In this document: one piece after another, positions 19,246 to 31,700 of the stretch
Numbering within the stretch: position 1 is the first letter of the stretch
How the letters are laid out: every line of letters starts with the position of its first letter
Assembly (NCBI GenBank): GCA_013416795.1
Contig: RQSC01001000.1
Coordinates: 1-39,511 of the forward strand
Length of the DNA: 39,511 bases
From: Prasinococcaceae sp. CCMP 1430
Taxonomy: Eukaryota > Plantae > Prasinodermophyta
Reading direction: 5' to 3'
Notes under the pieces: generated by a model
The model's database searches: none
What the model was told of the DNA's origin: nothing
The model's input: the letters and a program-made list of their open reading frames with translations, nothing else
Made by a program: the position numbers and the translations under genes

Positions 19246-19344
19246 CCGCAAGCAAACTAGGCGCGATGAGTGCGAGGACCGCGCCGCTATTCTACGCACA
19301 AAAATAATTACAGCGATGACGAACTCGAGACGAAGCCGGCGTTC

Positions 19345-21676
19345 CTAGGACTCCATGGGCGCCGCTCCATCGTCTGTGGGCGGCGCGGCGGCAGCAGCAG
19401 GTGCGACTTCAGGCTTCTCCTCGCTCGCTGCGGGCGCCTCCACGGCGGGCGCGTCCGGTGCGGCTGCGGCCGCCGGCGCGTCCACGTCCATGGTGGCACC
19501 CTCCTCTGTCTTCACCACAGCCTCGGCGTCGGCCGGAGCGGCGGGGGCGGGGGCAGCAGTGTCTGCCTCAGCAGGCTTGGCACCCTCGCTCACTACCCCA
19601 GTGTGTTTGCGATCGTCCTCGTCGTCGCTGTCGTCCGCCAGGGCCGACTTGTACGCGCGCTGCTGCTCGGCCACCTCCTGTGGCCTCCTGACATCGGGGT
19701 CGATCTTGTCCTCGTCCGGCTCCGGCTGCGCATGATCAGGCGGCGGCATGTGCGCCTGCACCGAGGGCGCAGCGGGAAGGTCATCGAGAATCTTCAGGCA
19801 GTGCTCAAGAACCTTGTTGCAGTATGCGTCGTCGTTGAGGTTGCGCATGTTGTTGCACTGCGTCTTGCCCAGCTCGAAGTTGGGGCCGTAGTAGTGGATG
19901 AAGCGGTCGTGCTCGGGGAGCTTGTCCGGCAGGTCGACGCCCAGCACGCGGCTGGTCTCGTAAGCCCAGCAGCGCGCCACGTTGCGCAGTGTGTAGCCGC
20001 CACCGCCAAGGAGCAGCAGCTTGGCGCCCGACTTCTGCAGCAGCTCGATGCACCTCGAGTGTCCGCTCAGGCTGAGGTTGAAGCACCCGAGGCGGTCGCC
20101 GCTGATGCTGTCAGCGCCGGCGCACACCACGATCGCGCCGGGCTGGAACTTGTCGAGGAGCTTGGTCATGATGGGTTCGAACAGCTTCCAGTAAGTCTCG
20201 TCGTTGACGCCATCGCGCAGCGGCACGTTGATCGTGTGCGCCTTACCCTCGCCACTGCCGTTGTCGGCCATGTGTCCCGTGCCTGGGAAGAAGCCGTCGC
20301 CGTACTTGTGGAAACTTGCAGTCATCACACGGTCCGTGCAATAGAACGCCTCTTCGACGCCGTCGCCGTGGTGGATGTCGATGTCGACGTACAGCACGCG
20401 CTGGTGGTGCTTGAGCAACTCCAGGATCGAGAGCACGATGTCGTTGACGAAGCTGCACGTGCGCGCGAAAGGGAGCAGCTCGCGCGGTCAGCACACGTCA
20501 GGGCGTCGCGGCTCGTCATCCTGCGCCCGCAGCGGCTGCAGCAGCGCTCGCACACGCACCAGAAGCCGCTAGCCTCGGACTTCTTGGCGTGGTGCAGGCC
20601 TCCGCTCCAGTTAATGGCCACGTCCGCCTTGTCGTAGTTCAGGCGCACCGCGCCATTCACCGAGCCGCCGGTGTAGGTTGCGCAGTAGTCGAAGAGGCCA
20701 TCCATCACCGGGCAATCTTCGCCGAGGTTGAAGCGCTTCAACTGCGTGACGAACTCCATCTGGTTGTCCGGGCACACGCGCTGCGGAGGCGCCGCGCGCA
20801 GGCGCGCCGGTGGAGCGGGGGTGGGGGCCGCGGGTAGGTGCAGGTCGGGGGCAAAGGGTGCCGGGCCGCAAAGGGGGGCGCAAGCGAGCGAGCGTGCGGG
20901 TGGGGTCGGAACAGAGGGAGCATGGGCGAGTCAGCGCAAGCGCGTGCGTGCTGGTGCGCGGCGCTACAAGCCGCGTGCTCGCGTTTGCGAGGCGCCGCGC
21001 CACCCAATCCCGCGGGGGCGCGCTTGCCAGGCGTGCGCGCCAAGTGCGCGCGCCGAACGAGCGTCCCGCGGCGGAGCGCCTGCTCGTGGGGTCGTGCGCG
21101 GTGCGCGCGTGCGCGCACTCTGAGGCGCCGGGGCAAGAGGGAGGCAGGGGCCACGGTGGGCTCGCCAGCGCGGGCGGGACAGGTGGGGGAGGGGGCGGAT
21201 GCACCCAGATGGCGGCGCGCCAGCCTGGCGGCTGCGGCTGCGGCGGCGGGCATGCCGGCGGGTGCGGGTGTGCGCACCCGCACGCACAAACCTAGAGCGC
21301 ATTTTCACACGCGCCGCAACGAGCCGCCGCGCCGCGCCGCGCGCGCGGCCAGGCCGCTGCGCGTACGCGCGCGGGCGCGCAGGGGGGCGCGGGGACGGGG
21401 GAGCGGGGAGGCCGCGCCGCCCGAAGCGTGTGATCCGCCGGCACGCGCCCCACGCACGTTCAGGAACTCGATGTAGTCGTCCGCGTGGAAGACGCTCATG
21501 TCGCGCTGCGTCGCCCTCGTCGGGCGGAAGACCTCCAGCTCGGAGAACAGGCCGCACGTGCCGAGCAGCGAGTGCGTCATGCGCACGCGCGCGGGCTTCA
21601 TCGGGTTGCCCGCGCCGTAGTAGTAGTTGCCGATCATCTCATCGTAGTAGTACGCCACCACCGGCTTGCGCGACAT
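19345..21676 (-). CDS. Class I (RPD3/HDA1-type) histone deacetylase; join(21676..21458,20780..20560,20452..19345), 515 aa
   Basis: [66 protein letters not shown] and an acidic tail. Introns at 20781-21457 and 20453-20559. TGTAA at 19308-19312 (minus). Confidence 0.96.
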
Positions 21677-21832
21677 GGCCGCTCGCGCCCGCACGCCCGG
21701 TGCCTTGGGGGGAAAGGAGGGGGGGGGGAGCGCACGCCGCCGGGCGCGCAGAGTGGCGCGTCGCCTGCGCGACCCTCCCAACCCGCAGCCACGCGCGTTG
21801 CGCGCGCGCTTCGCGCTCCCGCGCTGGCCGGC

Positions 21833-21930
21833 GAATCCCACCCTTCGCTTGGGGATTTCGTATATCCTGATTTTGTGGAATCCTCAATCGGATAATCCTC
21901 GAAATGTCTCCGAATCCACGTGGAATCCTC
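21833..21930. promoter_or_regulatory. Cluster of (G/T)AATCC motifs plus a G-box in the HDAC/CLC divergent promoter
   Basis: Five AATCC copies within ~100 nt and the palindrome TCCACGTGGA, in an AT-richer island. Confidence 0.45.
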
Positions 21931-22596
21931 CTCGCCGCGAGGGGCACGCGCCGGCGTTCCCGGTGTTTTTTTGGTTGGGCGTGCGCGCGACCCGGGCGCG
22001 CCGGGCCCCGCGTTGCACGGCCGCGCGCGCGGGGTCGGCATCCCCTATCGGATCCTGGGTCCGGCGGACGGGCGGGCGGCCGCCGCCGTGACGCGGCGCG
22101 CGCCCGTTCCTCCCCGGGCCCCCCCTCTCCCCGCGNNNNNNNNNNNNNNNNNNNNNNNNNNNNNNNNNNNNNNNNNNNNNNNNNNNNNNNNNNNNNNNNN
22201 NNNNNNNNNNNNNNNNNNNNNNNNNNNNNNNNNNNNNNNNNNNNNNNNNNNNNNNNNNNNNNNNNNNNNNNNNNNNNNNNNNNNNNNNNNNNNNNNNNNN
22301 NNNNNNNNNNNNNNNNNNNNNNNNNNNNNNNNNNNNNNNNNNNNNNNNNNNNNNNNNNNNNNNNNNNNNNNNNNNNNNNNNNNNNNNNNNNNNNNNNNNN
22401 NNNNNNNNNNNNNNNNNNNNNNNNNNNNNNNNNNNNNNNNNNNNNNNNNNNNNNNNNNNNNNNNNNNNNNNNNNNNNNNNNNNNNNNNNNNNNNNNNNNN
22501 NNNNNNNNNNNNNNNNNNNNNNNNNNNNNNNNNNNNNNNNNNNNNNNNNNNNNNNNNNNNNNNNNNNNNNNNNNNNNNNNNNNNNNNNNNNNNNNC

Positions 22597-24960
22597 GTGC
22601 GAACGCCCGCGGCGCACGAGGGCGGCGCGGGCGGCAGCGCCGGCGTGGCGGGCACGCACCCGTGGTCGGCGGGCACACAGGCCATCGAGTCGCTTGACTA
22701 CGAGGTGGCGGACAACGCCAGGTACCGCCGCGAGCAGGGTGCGCGCACGGTGGGGGATGTCGGGCGCGACTCGCTCGTACGTTGGACGCTGTCAGTCGGC
22801 ATCGGCGTGGCGACCGGGCTGAGCGCCTTTGTTGTCAACCTGGCCGTGGAGAACATCACAGGCCTCAAGTTCGAGTGGGTGCTTCGCCTGATGCACACCA
22901 ACATGCTGATGGCGTTTGCCATGTACGTTTGCGTCAACGTGCTTCTCGTGCTGAGCTCCACGGTGGTCGTGACGCGATACGCACCGGCGGCCGCGGGCAG
23001 CGGCATACCGGACGTCAAGTCGTACCTCAACGGCGTGGACTACCCCGGCGTGCTCCTCTTCCGAACGCTTGTGGGGAAGGTGGTTGGGAGCGTCGGCAGC
23101 GTGGCGGGCGGGCTAGCCGTCGGGAAGGAGGGGCCAATGGTCCATATCGGAAGCTGCATCGCGGCCGCATTGGCGCAGGGCGGCTCGTCTCGCTACCAGC
23201 TGCACTGGGACTTCCTCCAAAACTTTCGCAACGATCGCGAGCGACGTGAGTTCGTCACGTGCGGCGCCGCTGCGGGCGTCGCTGCGGCGTTCCACGCCCC
23301 CGTCGGTGGCGTGCTGTTCGCGCTCGAGGAAATCACGTCACACTGGCGCGGGCAGCTCACCTGGAGGGCATTCTTCACGTGCGCGGTGGTCGTCGTGACG
23401 CTCAAGGCGCTCACGGGATGGTGCGCGGGCAACAGGTGCGGCTACTACGGCAGCGGGGGATTCATGCTCTTCGAGATATCGCAGGGGCAGGAGGACTACG
23501 AAACTTTTGAACTGGTGCCCATGGCGATGCTGGGCGTGACAGGCGGGCTGCTTGGGGCGCTCTTCAACCAACTGAACACGCGCGTGTCGCTCTGGCGCAA
23601 GGCCAACATCCGCACCAACCAAGAGAAGATGGTGGAGGCCTGCCTTGTGGCGCTCGTGACCAGCGTGTGCTCGTTTTGCGTGCCATTGTTCTTCGCGTGC
23701 CAGCCGTGCCCAGAAGGGGACGACGTGGTGTGCCCGAGGGAGGAACTGCACTACGGGAACTTCCTGTCCTTCAACTGCGCCGCCGACGACCAGTACAACG
23801 ACCTTGCGACCATCTTCTTCAACACGCACGACGACGCGGTGAGTTGCGCCTAGCGTGTACGCCGCGCCGCTTCGTCGACGCATTTGCATCCGCGGCTGCG
23901 CTGACGTGCGCCAACATCGCCATTGCTACTTCTTCTGCAGATTCGTAACCTGTTCTCCTCGAACACCAAGCGCGAGTACCACTCGACTGCACTCATGGTG
24001 TACCTGATCGTCTTCTTCACGCTGGCGGTCATCACCTACGGTATCTCTGTGCCCTCGGGGCTGTTCGTCCCGTCAATCCTCTGTGGTGCTGGCTACGGCA
24101 GGCTGGTCGGGATGGTAATGGTGCACTACCACGGCCACACGGGCGTGGACGAAGGCACCTACGCATTGTTGGGCGCGGCGAGCTTCTTGGCGGGCGCCAT
24201 GCGCATGACTGTCTCGCTGTGTGTGATACTCATGGAGCTCACCTCTAATTTGAAGATCATGCCGCTGGTGATGCTGGTGCTACTCATCGGCAAGGCGGTC
24301 GGCGACTGGTTCAACAGCGCCATATACGACATCCACGTCGGGCTCAAGGAGATCCCCTTCCTGGAAGAGAAATCGGAGCGATTCATGCGGTCGCTGTCGG
24401 CGATCGACGCTGTGCCTGAGGGCGTGCGCCCGGTGCAGTTCCGCCGCATCGAGTCAGTGCGCACCATCATTCGTGCGCTGCGCCAGACCACGCACAACGC
24501 GTTTCCTGTCATGGGGCCGGACGACTTGGGTTCGCCGTGCCTCATCGGCTCAGTGTTGCGCTCGTACCTACTGGTGATGTTGCGGCACAAGGCGGAGTTC
24601 TTCTCCCCCGAGGATCGGGAGAGGAGGCACGGCGTCGCCAGCGAGCCGAGATTCAAATACGACGTCAGCGAGTTCTCCAAGTCGGTCTCCACGCACGGCC
24701 TCACCATTGATGACGTCAAAGTGAGCGACAGTGAGATGGACATGTTGGTGGACTTGCTCCCGCTGTGCAACGCTTCGCCGCACGTGGTGAGCTCGGACGC
24801 CTCGCTCACCAAGGTGTACTCGATGTTCCGGCAGATGGGTCTGCGTCACCTGTTCGTCGTGCCGCGCGCGGAGCGCGTCCTCGGCATCATCACGCGCAAG
24901 GACCTGCTGGTGGAGAGCCTAGAGGAGCGCACGCGCGAGCGCGCCAGTGCGCGCTCCTGA
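22597..24960 (+). CDS. CLC chloride/proton antiporter (CLC-d/CLC-6/7-like) with two CBS domains; join(<22597..23838,23941..24960)
   Basis: IESLDYE, GSGIPD, GKEGP (gating Glu), LFALEE (proton Glu), PSGLFVP, IYD and CBS motifs (HNAFPV, GLRHL.VV, GIITRKD). Intron at 23839-23940 (GTGAGT...GCTGAC...CAG). TGTAA at 25036-25040. Confidence 0.95.
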
Positions 24961-25035
24961 GGGCAGCAGCAACTATATCATACGCGCGCGTGCGCGCTGC
25001 GCGGGGCTCGCCCGGGCGCCACCATCGCGCCATCT

Positions 25036-25040
25036 TGTAA
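25036..25040 (+). terminator. TGTAA polyadenylation signal (representative example)
   Basis: TGTAA on the sense strand at or after the stop codons of many genes: 3386(-), 7248(+), 13348(+), 19308(-), 25036(+), 32451(-), 33936 and 33963(-), 36853(+), 38103(-). Confidence 0.65.
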
Positions 25041-25787
25041 AATGCTTCGCCACGCGCGGGTGCGCGCGGTTCTGGCCTGCCGGCGCCCCCCGCCGCCGCC
25101 GCCGCCGCGATGCATGCAGCGCCCGCCGCCGGGGCGCCGACCACCCCGCCACATCCACATCGCTGCTTGCCACCCATCAAATCGCACGCTCAAATCAGGG
25201 TCCACACATGTCGACTGCTTGCGAGCTTGCATTCAAAATCCGTGGCGCGCGGGCGGTTACGGTTACGCGCTGACCCCATTGACGATTCGGACCGTTGGTT
25301 GTCACGTGTTGACTACCCCGCCCCCCGGCCACTCTCACGGAATCCGTGGGGTTCCGAAATGTACGTGATGTATTTTGATTATCTTACACTCCGGGATTCG
25401 TTCTGAATCCGTCGTTTTTCGGCCTCGCCGGCTGCCCGTTGAGATAACGACGACGGCGGGGGCCGCGGGGGTCATTTCGCGGAAGGACCTTCAGACCGCC
25501 CCCTATGCCGCGGAATACATGAACTCGAACACACATTGGGATATTTTCGCGGGAGGATGCGCAGGCGCGACAGAGCGTTCCCCGAGCGGGAGCGGGAGCG
25601 CGCGCGCGGCCGGCCGGGGGCGCCCGCCGGGCGGAGGCTGAGGCGGGGGCGGAGGAGCCACACGCTGCTGCTGCTGCGCTCGCGTGGCGCGGTCACGGGC
25701 GTGGAGGAACCGACACGCTCGGATCAGCCTTTGCAGGCGGCCGGCGGGCCGCGCGGAGCGCGCACACGCGCGTAGCCTCGCGCGGCG

Positions 25788-28700
25788 ATGGCGGCACCAA
25801 TGGGCTACGACATCTGGCAGGTCATGCATCAAGACCCTCCTTCGCGCGACGCTGGCGGTCCGGACATAATGCAGCTGGCGCGTGGGCAGCAGCAGCCGCT
25901 GCTGCCGCCGCGGCCGCCGCCTGGGCCAGCGCCGCCGCAATGGGAGGCAGGCCCGCGCCAGAACCGCTTTGGCGCCACGCAGGGCCTGGCGGCACAAGGT
26001 GTCGGCGCAATCCAGCCATCCCCACCAGCGCAGTTGTTGCCACCCGTAGGCGGGGCCGCTCCGCGCCCGGGCTACAAAGGCTACGCGCCGCAGCCACCCC
26101 TTGGGATGTCGGAGGCAGCCGCAGCCGCGGTGGCCGCTGCTCCGCCAATGCCGGGCACGCCACCGGGCTCGGATGACTTGCCCATGGAGAGGGCCTTGGT
26201 GGCGCCAGGCGCTCTGGTGGCTTATCCCGGCTCGTCGCGTCCCGCGAGTGGTCGCGGTGCACGCCTCAACGAGGTCGAGGAGCGCATGAAAATGCTGGAG
26301 CGCGTGGCCATCACGCTGCCCGAGTACGGGGCTCGGCAACGTGGCATAGAGAAGCGGCTGGCCGAGGTGGAGGGTCTGCAAGCTGCCAATGGCAGCACAG
26401 CGGACAGGGAGCTACGAGAGCTGGAGGGCAAGCTCGCGGCCGCGCTTCAGGCTCTCTCACGGGCGGATGACGAGCGAGTCGGCCTGCGGCGGCGCGTGGA
26501 GGCCGCCGAGCGCTCTGCCAGCGAGGCGGCCATGGCGGCGAAGCGCCTCGAGGGAAGCGTAGACCACGAGGCGCAGTCGTGGCTCCAAGAGCTGCGCGCG
26601 CGCGACGACTTGCACAGCCAGTTCCGTGACCAGCAAAGGGTCAACGTCACCAAGATCGTCGAGGAGATGACTGCCATGGAGAAGCAGATTGTCGCCATGC
26701 AAGACATCAGCGCCCGCCAGGTGCGGCGCCAGCGCGAGCGCCAGGGTGGGTGGGCACGATGCGGGCGAGCGAGCGCGCCTGTGGCGCATCAAACACTGAC
26801 CGCTCCGTGCGCCGCGCTATACGTCCACAAACATTCGCGGGTGCACAGATTGAGGCGGATGCACTAGAGCGCCAGCGCTTGGAGGCCAAGATGCAGGCGC
26901 ATGAGCGATACCTGGACAAGCTGCGCGACGCCGAGAGCGAGACGGTGACCACCGCGGCCGAGCAGTTTGCCATCCTGCGCTCGCGGCAGGCAGACATGGA
27001 GCAGGCCATCAAATTCTGGACGGACAAGCTCGCGCAGGAGCGTGAGGGACGTGAGACGGCGGACGACGCCGTGACGCGTGCTATGCAGCGCTTGGACGAA
27101 GGCGTCAAGTCCTGGGAGGCTCAGATGGAGAAGCGCATGGGCGCAATGGTGGAGCAACGCGCGACCGAGCTCGCGCGCGCGCTGCGCGCCGCCGAAGATG
27201 GCGCACTGGAGCGCGATGCCCTGCAGCAGCAGCAACTCGAGTCCAATATCGATGCGCTGAGCAAAAAGGGGCTGGTCGACCGGCGCGCGCAGGCGGAGCG
27301 CATGCTGCTCATCGAGCGCGCGCTGCGCGAGGAGCACAACAAGCGCATCCTTGCCGAGTCGGCGCTCCGTCGCGCACAGGAAAAGATGGCTGAGGAGGGC
27401 AAGACTATCGTGAAGGATGAGCGCCGCGCGCGCGAGGCGCGCGAGAAAAAATTGCGCGAGCAGATCACTGCAGCGCTCGGCAAGCTTCGCACCTTCGCGC
27501 GCGACATGGAGGAGTCCCAAGAGCGCGCCTACCGCGGCCTTGAAAACATTGTCAAGATGGAGATCGCCGCACGCACGAGCCAGGGCGACAAGCTGGGCCA
27601 CGCCATCACCGAGGTGGGCCGCAAGATGCGGGCAGAGCAAAAGGCAGCAGTCGCCGCGCTGGGTGTGCGCCTAGAGGGCCTTGACAGCCGCATCGCTGCC
27701 ACGGTGGCCGCTCAACGCAAGCTCTACGCGCGTCATGCCACCTTCGAGTGTGAGGTCAAGCGCGCGGTGGACGCGGTCGTCGACGGCATATGGGACATGG
27801 AGGGTGACGCCATTGACGCAATGCTCGACCACGAAATCACGCGTATCGAGGTGGAGGAAGACAACATTGCTCAGCGCGATGCAATGGCGGCGGGCCTCAA
27901 GGCATTCGGTCACGAATTCTACGGCGGCCTTGGGAAGATGCACGACGAGACGCAGGCCACCTTCGTCGAGCTGGCGTCCACGCTCCAGCAGATGAATGAG
28001 GAGAGCCGCGTCGAGGTGCGTGACGCGAGACTGGGCAATGCATGCGCGTGCGCCCGTTCCAAAGCGTTAGCGCGCGCAGGCGCACGGTGCACACGTGTGC
28101 TCGCCGCAGTCCGAGCTGCTAACTTGTGCCCCCGTACTCAATCTGACTGGGCGCTGCTCTCGCAGGATGATCTTCGCGAGCGCATGCAGGATGACATTGA
28201 GACGCTCGGCGTTGAGATTGTGCGCACCAAGGACGAGCTTGCGGTGGCCTACGACGCGCTGGACACAACCAAGGACGAGTTTGCCGCCGTGATTGCCAAT
28301 GTGGAAGACTCGGTGAAGGCTGAGCATCGCGCACGCGAGGCTGCGGATGCGACGCTGGACGTCGAGCTGCGCAAGGCTCTGGGCGATGCTGCCAAGAGTG
28401 AGGCTACTGCCCGCGAGGAGCTTCAAAGCGCCCACGCAGAGTTGCTCGATGGGCTGCGCGCAGACGTTGACTCGGACGCCGCCGACCTTGCCGCCGCCAG
28501 GTTGGAGGCCACAACTGATCTCGCTGCCATGCGCGAGGAGGCTTCCCTCGAGTTTGCCCAGGTGCGCACCGAGCTTCGAGGTGCCGTGCGACGCGGCGAC
28601 AAGGGCCGTGGGCACTTGGCCGCCCAGATTAGCGACGTCAAAGTGGCTGCGCAGCTCGCCGCAGATCGCACCCTGGAGACGATTGAGGAGTCCGCGCGGG

Positions 28701-31700
28701 CCCTCAAGGACCTGGTGGCAGATGAGGCAGCATTGCGCGAGGCGGCAGACAACGAGCTGGCGGACTGGCTGCGTCACGAGGGCGAGGTTCGCCACGCGGA
28801 AGCGGAAGCGGTCGAGGCGCGCGTGGAGAGCGGCTTGGAGTCCGCGCTTGATGGCGTGGATGGTCTCGTGGTCGACGCGATGCTTGATGATGAGATTGTC
28901 AGAGTCGAGGCTGAGTTCGCGCTCGAGAAGGCCACGACTAAGGGCTCCGCGGACCTGGCCGCGGAGACAGCAGCTCGTGAGGAGACCACAGAAGCGGTCG
29001 CACAGGCAGCTGCCAAGAGCCTCAAGATGACGGCCACCGAACTGCGCGGTGAGATTGCGTCCGAGGCGAAAGCTCGTGCAGAGGTCGCATCTGCTGTCGC
29101 CAAGGTATCGGCGGAAGCCGGAGCGAGCGCCGCTGCACTCACAAAGGCGGTCGAGACCAATTTCTCCGACAGCGTCCTGGCGGAGGAGGTCTTGCGACTT
29201 GAGCTCTCTGCTGAAATCTCCGAGGTCGTTGGTGCAGAGGCAGGCGCGCGAAAGGCTGCTGTGCAGGCGTTGTCCGCCGATGCCGCAGCTCTCACAGATG
29301 CACTTGCAGAGCAGACCCAGCACCAGCTGGACTTTGAGTCGAAGAGCAGCGCTGCGCTCGAGGAAGGGCTGTCGACGGTCAAGACAAGCGTGCAAGCGAG
29401 TGTCGCCGAGCGCCTCGACAAGTATCGTCGCGCGAATGAGGCAATGCGCGCAGGCTTAATCCTGCAGATTGAGCGCGAGGCTGCGGGCGCAGCGGTGTCA
29501 CGCACGCGCGTGGAGGGCTTGCTCCGCGAGCAGCTCCAGGCAGAAGCGCAGCGTGCGGCTATCGACAATCGCGAGCTCGAGGCAGAGCTCCGTACATCGC
29601 TCAAGGAGCTCTCCACTCGCATCGATGGCAGGCTGTCCGAAGAGGGAAACCAGATCGCACGCCTCGAGGCGCAGCTTAGGGCAGAGTGCGCGGAGCGCGT
29701 GTACGGCGATACCGTGGTTCAGAACAGCGTGGCCGATTCCATGGATGCCGTGCAGGACACGATGGCCGCAGACGCTGCGGATGCCGCGCTTGAACAGGAG
29801 CTCCTGCTCTGTGAGTTGCGCGAGCTCGTGGAGCACGCCCGTGACGATGCGGCGTACGACGTCGCACTCGCTCGCCACACGCTAAGCGGCGCGCTCGCCG
29901 CACGCGCTGCCGAAGCCTCGGCAGGGCTCGAGGGCGCAGTGCTTGCACTCGAGGCTGAAGTGGCGTCGCGCGAGCGCGGCGACCTGGCGGCCGCCGAGCA
30001 TGTGCGAGCTATCGTGAGCGAGCTGTCGAGTGCTGCCGAAGAGAACGCGGCGCGCGCTGCCAATGCGGTCGCCGACGCCCGCACGGAGGCGCAGGAGGCG
30101 CTCGCGGGTGAGACTGCCTCGCGAGAGTCGGCTATAGGCGATGTGGTGGAGCGACTCGAAGCCGCGCGCATGAGCTTGGCGAAGGACATTCGCGATGAAT
30201 ACGCCGAGCGCGTGCAGGCGAACGTGCGGCTTTCCGCGGAGGCGGCCGATACAGTGCGCACCACGAGGTCGGCCATGGACGCACTTGCCGCTGATCTGAC
30301 ACTCGAGGTTGAGAGCGCACGCACGGAAGCTGCTGGTGAGCTAGCTCGTTTGGAGGGCGTGCTTGAGCTCGGGGAGCTGGCGCGCCAGAAATCCGAGGGG
30401 GCGGCGAAGGAGACACATCTCAAGGCGGTGTCCACACTGCGAGAAGAAGCGATAGCTGCGGTCGCCGAAGCGCGTCAGGCGCTCGAGGAGGCTCGAGAGC
30501 GCTCCCACACGCAGCTGGCGGAGGCCATCGAAGAGGAGCACGAGGCACGCGTTGCGCAGCTCGCGGAGGCCATCGACAAGGAGCAGGAGGAGCGCGTGGC
30601 CAATGATGCTGCACTGCGAGATGAGGTTCTCGCGCAGGCCAAGGTGCGGCGTGCAAGTCGCGACACCCCCTTGATGCATGTGCGCTCGCGTCTGCGTCGT
30701 GCGAATAGTCATGGAGGAGAATTCGTGCTGCGGGTATGCTGACCACTAAAATGCACTGACGCCATGCTCATGCTCGTGCTCGCCTGCGCTGCCGCCCTGT
30801 TCCTCACAGTATGCCGCCGAGGCGCTCGCGAGCGAAGCCAAGATCCGCGAGACCGCCGACACCGCCCTTCGTCGGGACCTTGAGGGCACGTCGGCCGACT
30901 TCGTCACAGAGATTGAGTCGCACCGTGTGGACGTGTACGCGACTTTTGATGAGCTGCGCTCTATCTTATCGGAAGAGCAGAGCCAGCGCCTGAGTCATGA
31001 GGCGGCGGCCGCCACCGGTCATAGCAAGCGCGTACTCGAATTGCGCGAGGAGCTCACAGCGCGCCTTGAGTCGCTCGAGGAGCTTATGCGCGCTGGCCTC
31101 AAGGACGCCGAGGATGAGAGCGCCAAGGTGCGCGAGCTGGAATCATCAGCGGCAGCCTCTTTGGGAGCAGCGCGCGAGGAGCTACTCGCTCGCCTCGGCG
31201 AGGTTGAACACAGCCTCAAGGCGGCCATCGCCGCTGAGGTGGCTGACAGGGTGCACGGCGACACCAGCGTCTCTGCAGACGGGGCAGCGGCCCTCGATCA
31301 AGCACGGCAGGCGCTCGAGGGTGCCATACGCACCGCAAAGAGCGAGGCAGGCGCCGCGTGCGATGCGCTCCGCCGAGCGCACGACGAGGCGCAGGCGGAC
31401 ACGCGCGCCGCCGAGGAGGTGCTGCGCGCTGAGATGGGAGGCGAAATGGAGCGGAGTATTGCAAGCGTGCGCGAGGAGGCGCGGCAGGCCGCTAAGGCCA
31501 TCTCGCACAATTCCGAGGAGCTCGAGTCGGTGCGAGCGTCAGCAAATGTACTCTTGGCCGAGCTCAAGGAAGAGACGCTGGCAGACATTGCCGCGCTGCA
31601 AAACGAGTCGCTCGCTGCGCGCGAGGACCTCAAGGAGGAGCTTGTCGCTGAGCTGGTGGCCACCAAGGAGTCGCTGGAGGCAACACGCGAGGACATGGCC

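Noticed and set aside
19270-20637. Long antisense or alternative-frame ORFs (also 14787-16010, 28067-29395, 31298-32404 and others)
   Set aside because: These are shadow ORFs expected at ~70% GC opposite well-supported genes, with no recognisable motifs.
25365-25406. C/D box snoRNA (GTGATGT...CTGA)
   Set aside because: Imperfect C box, only ~40 nt long, and no evident terminal stem or guide.
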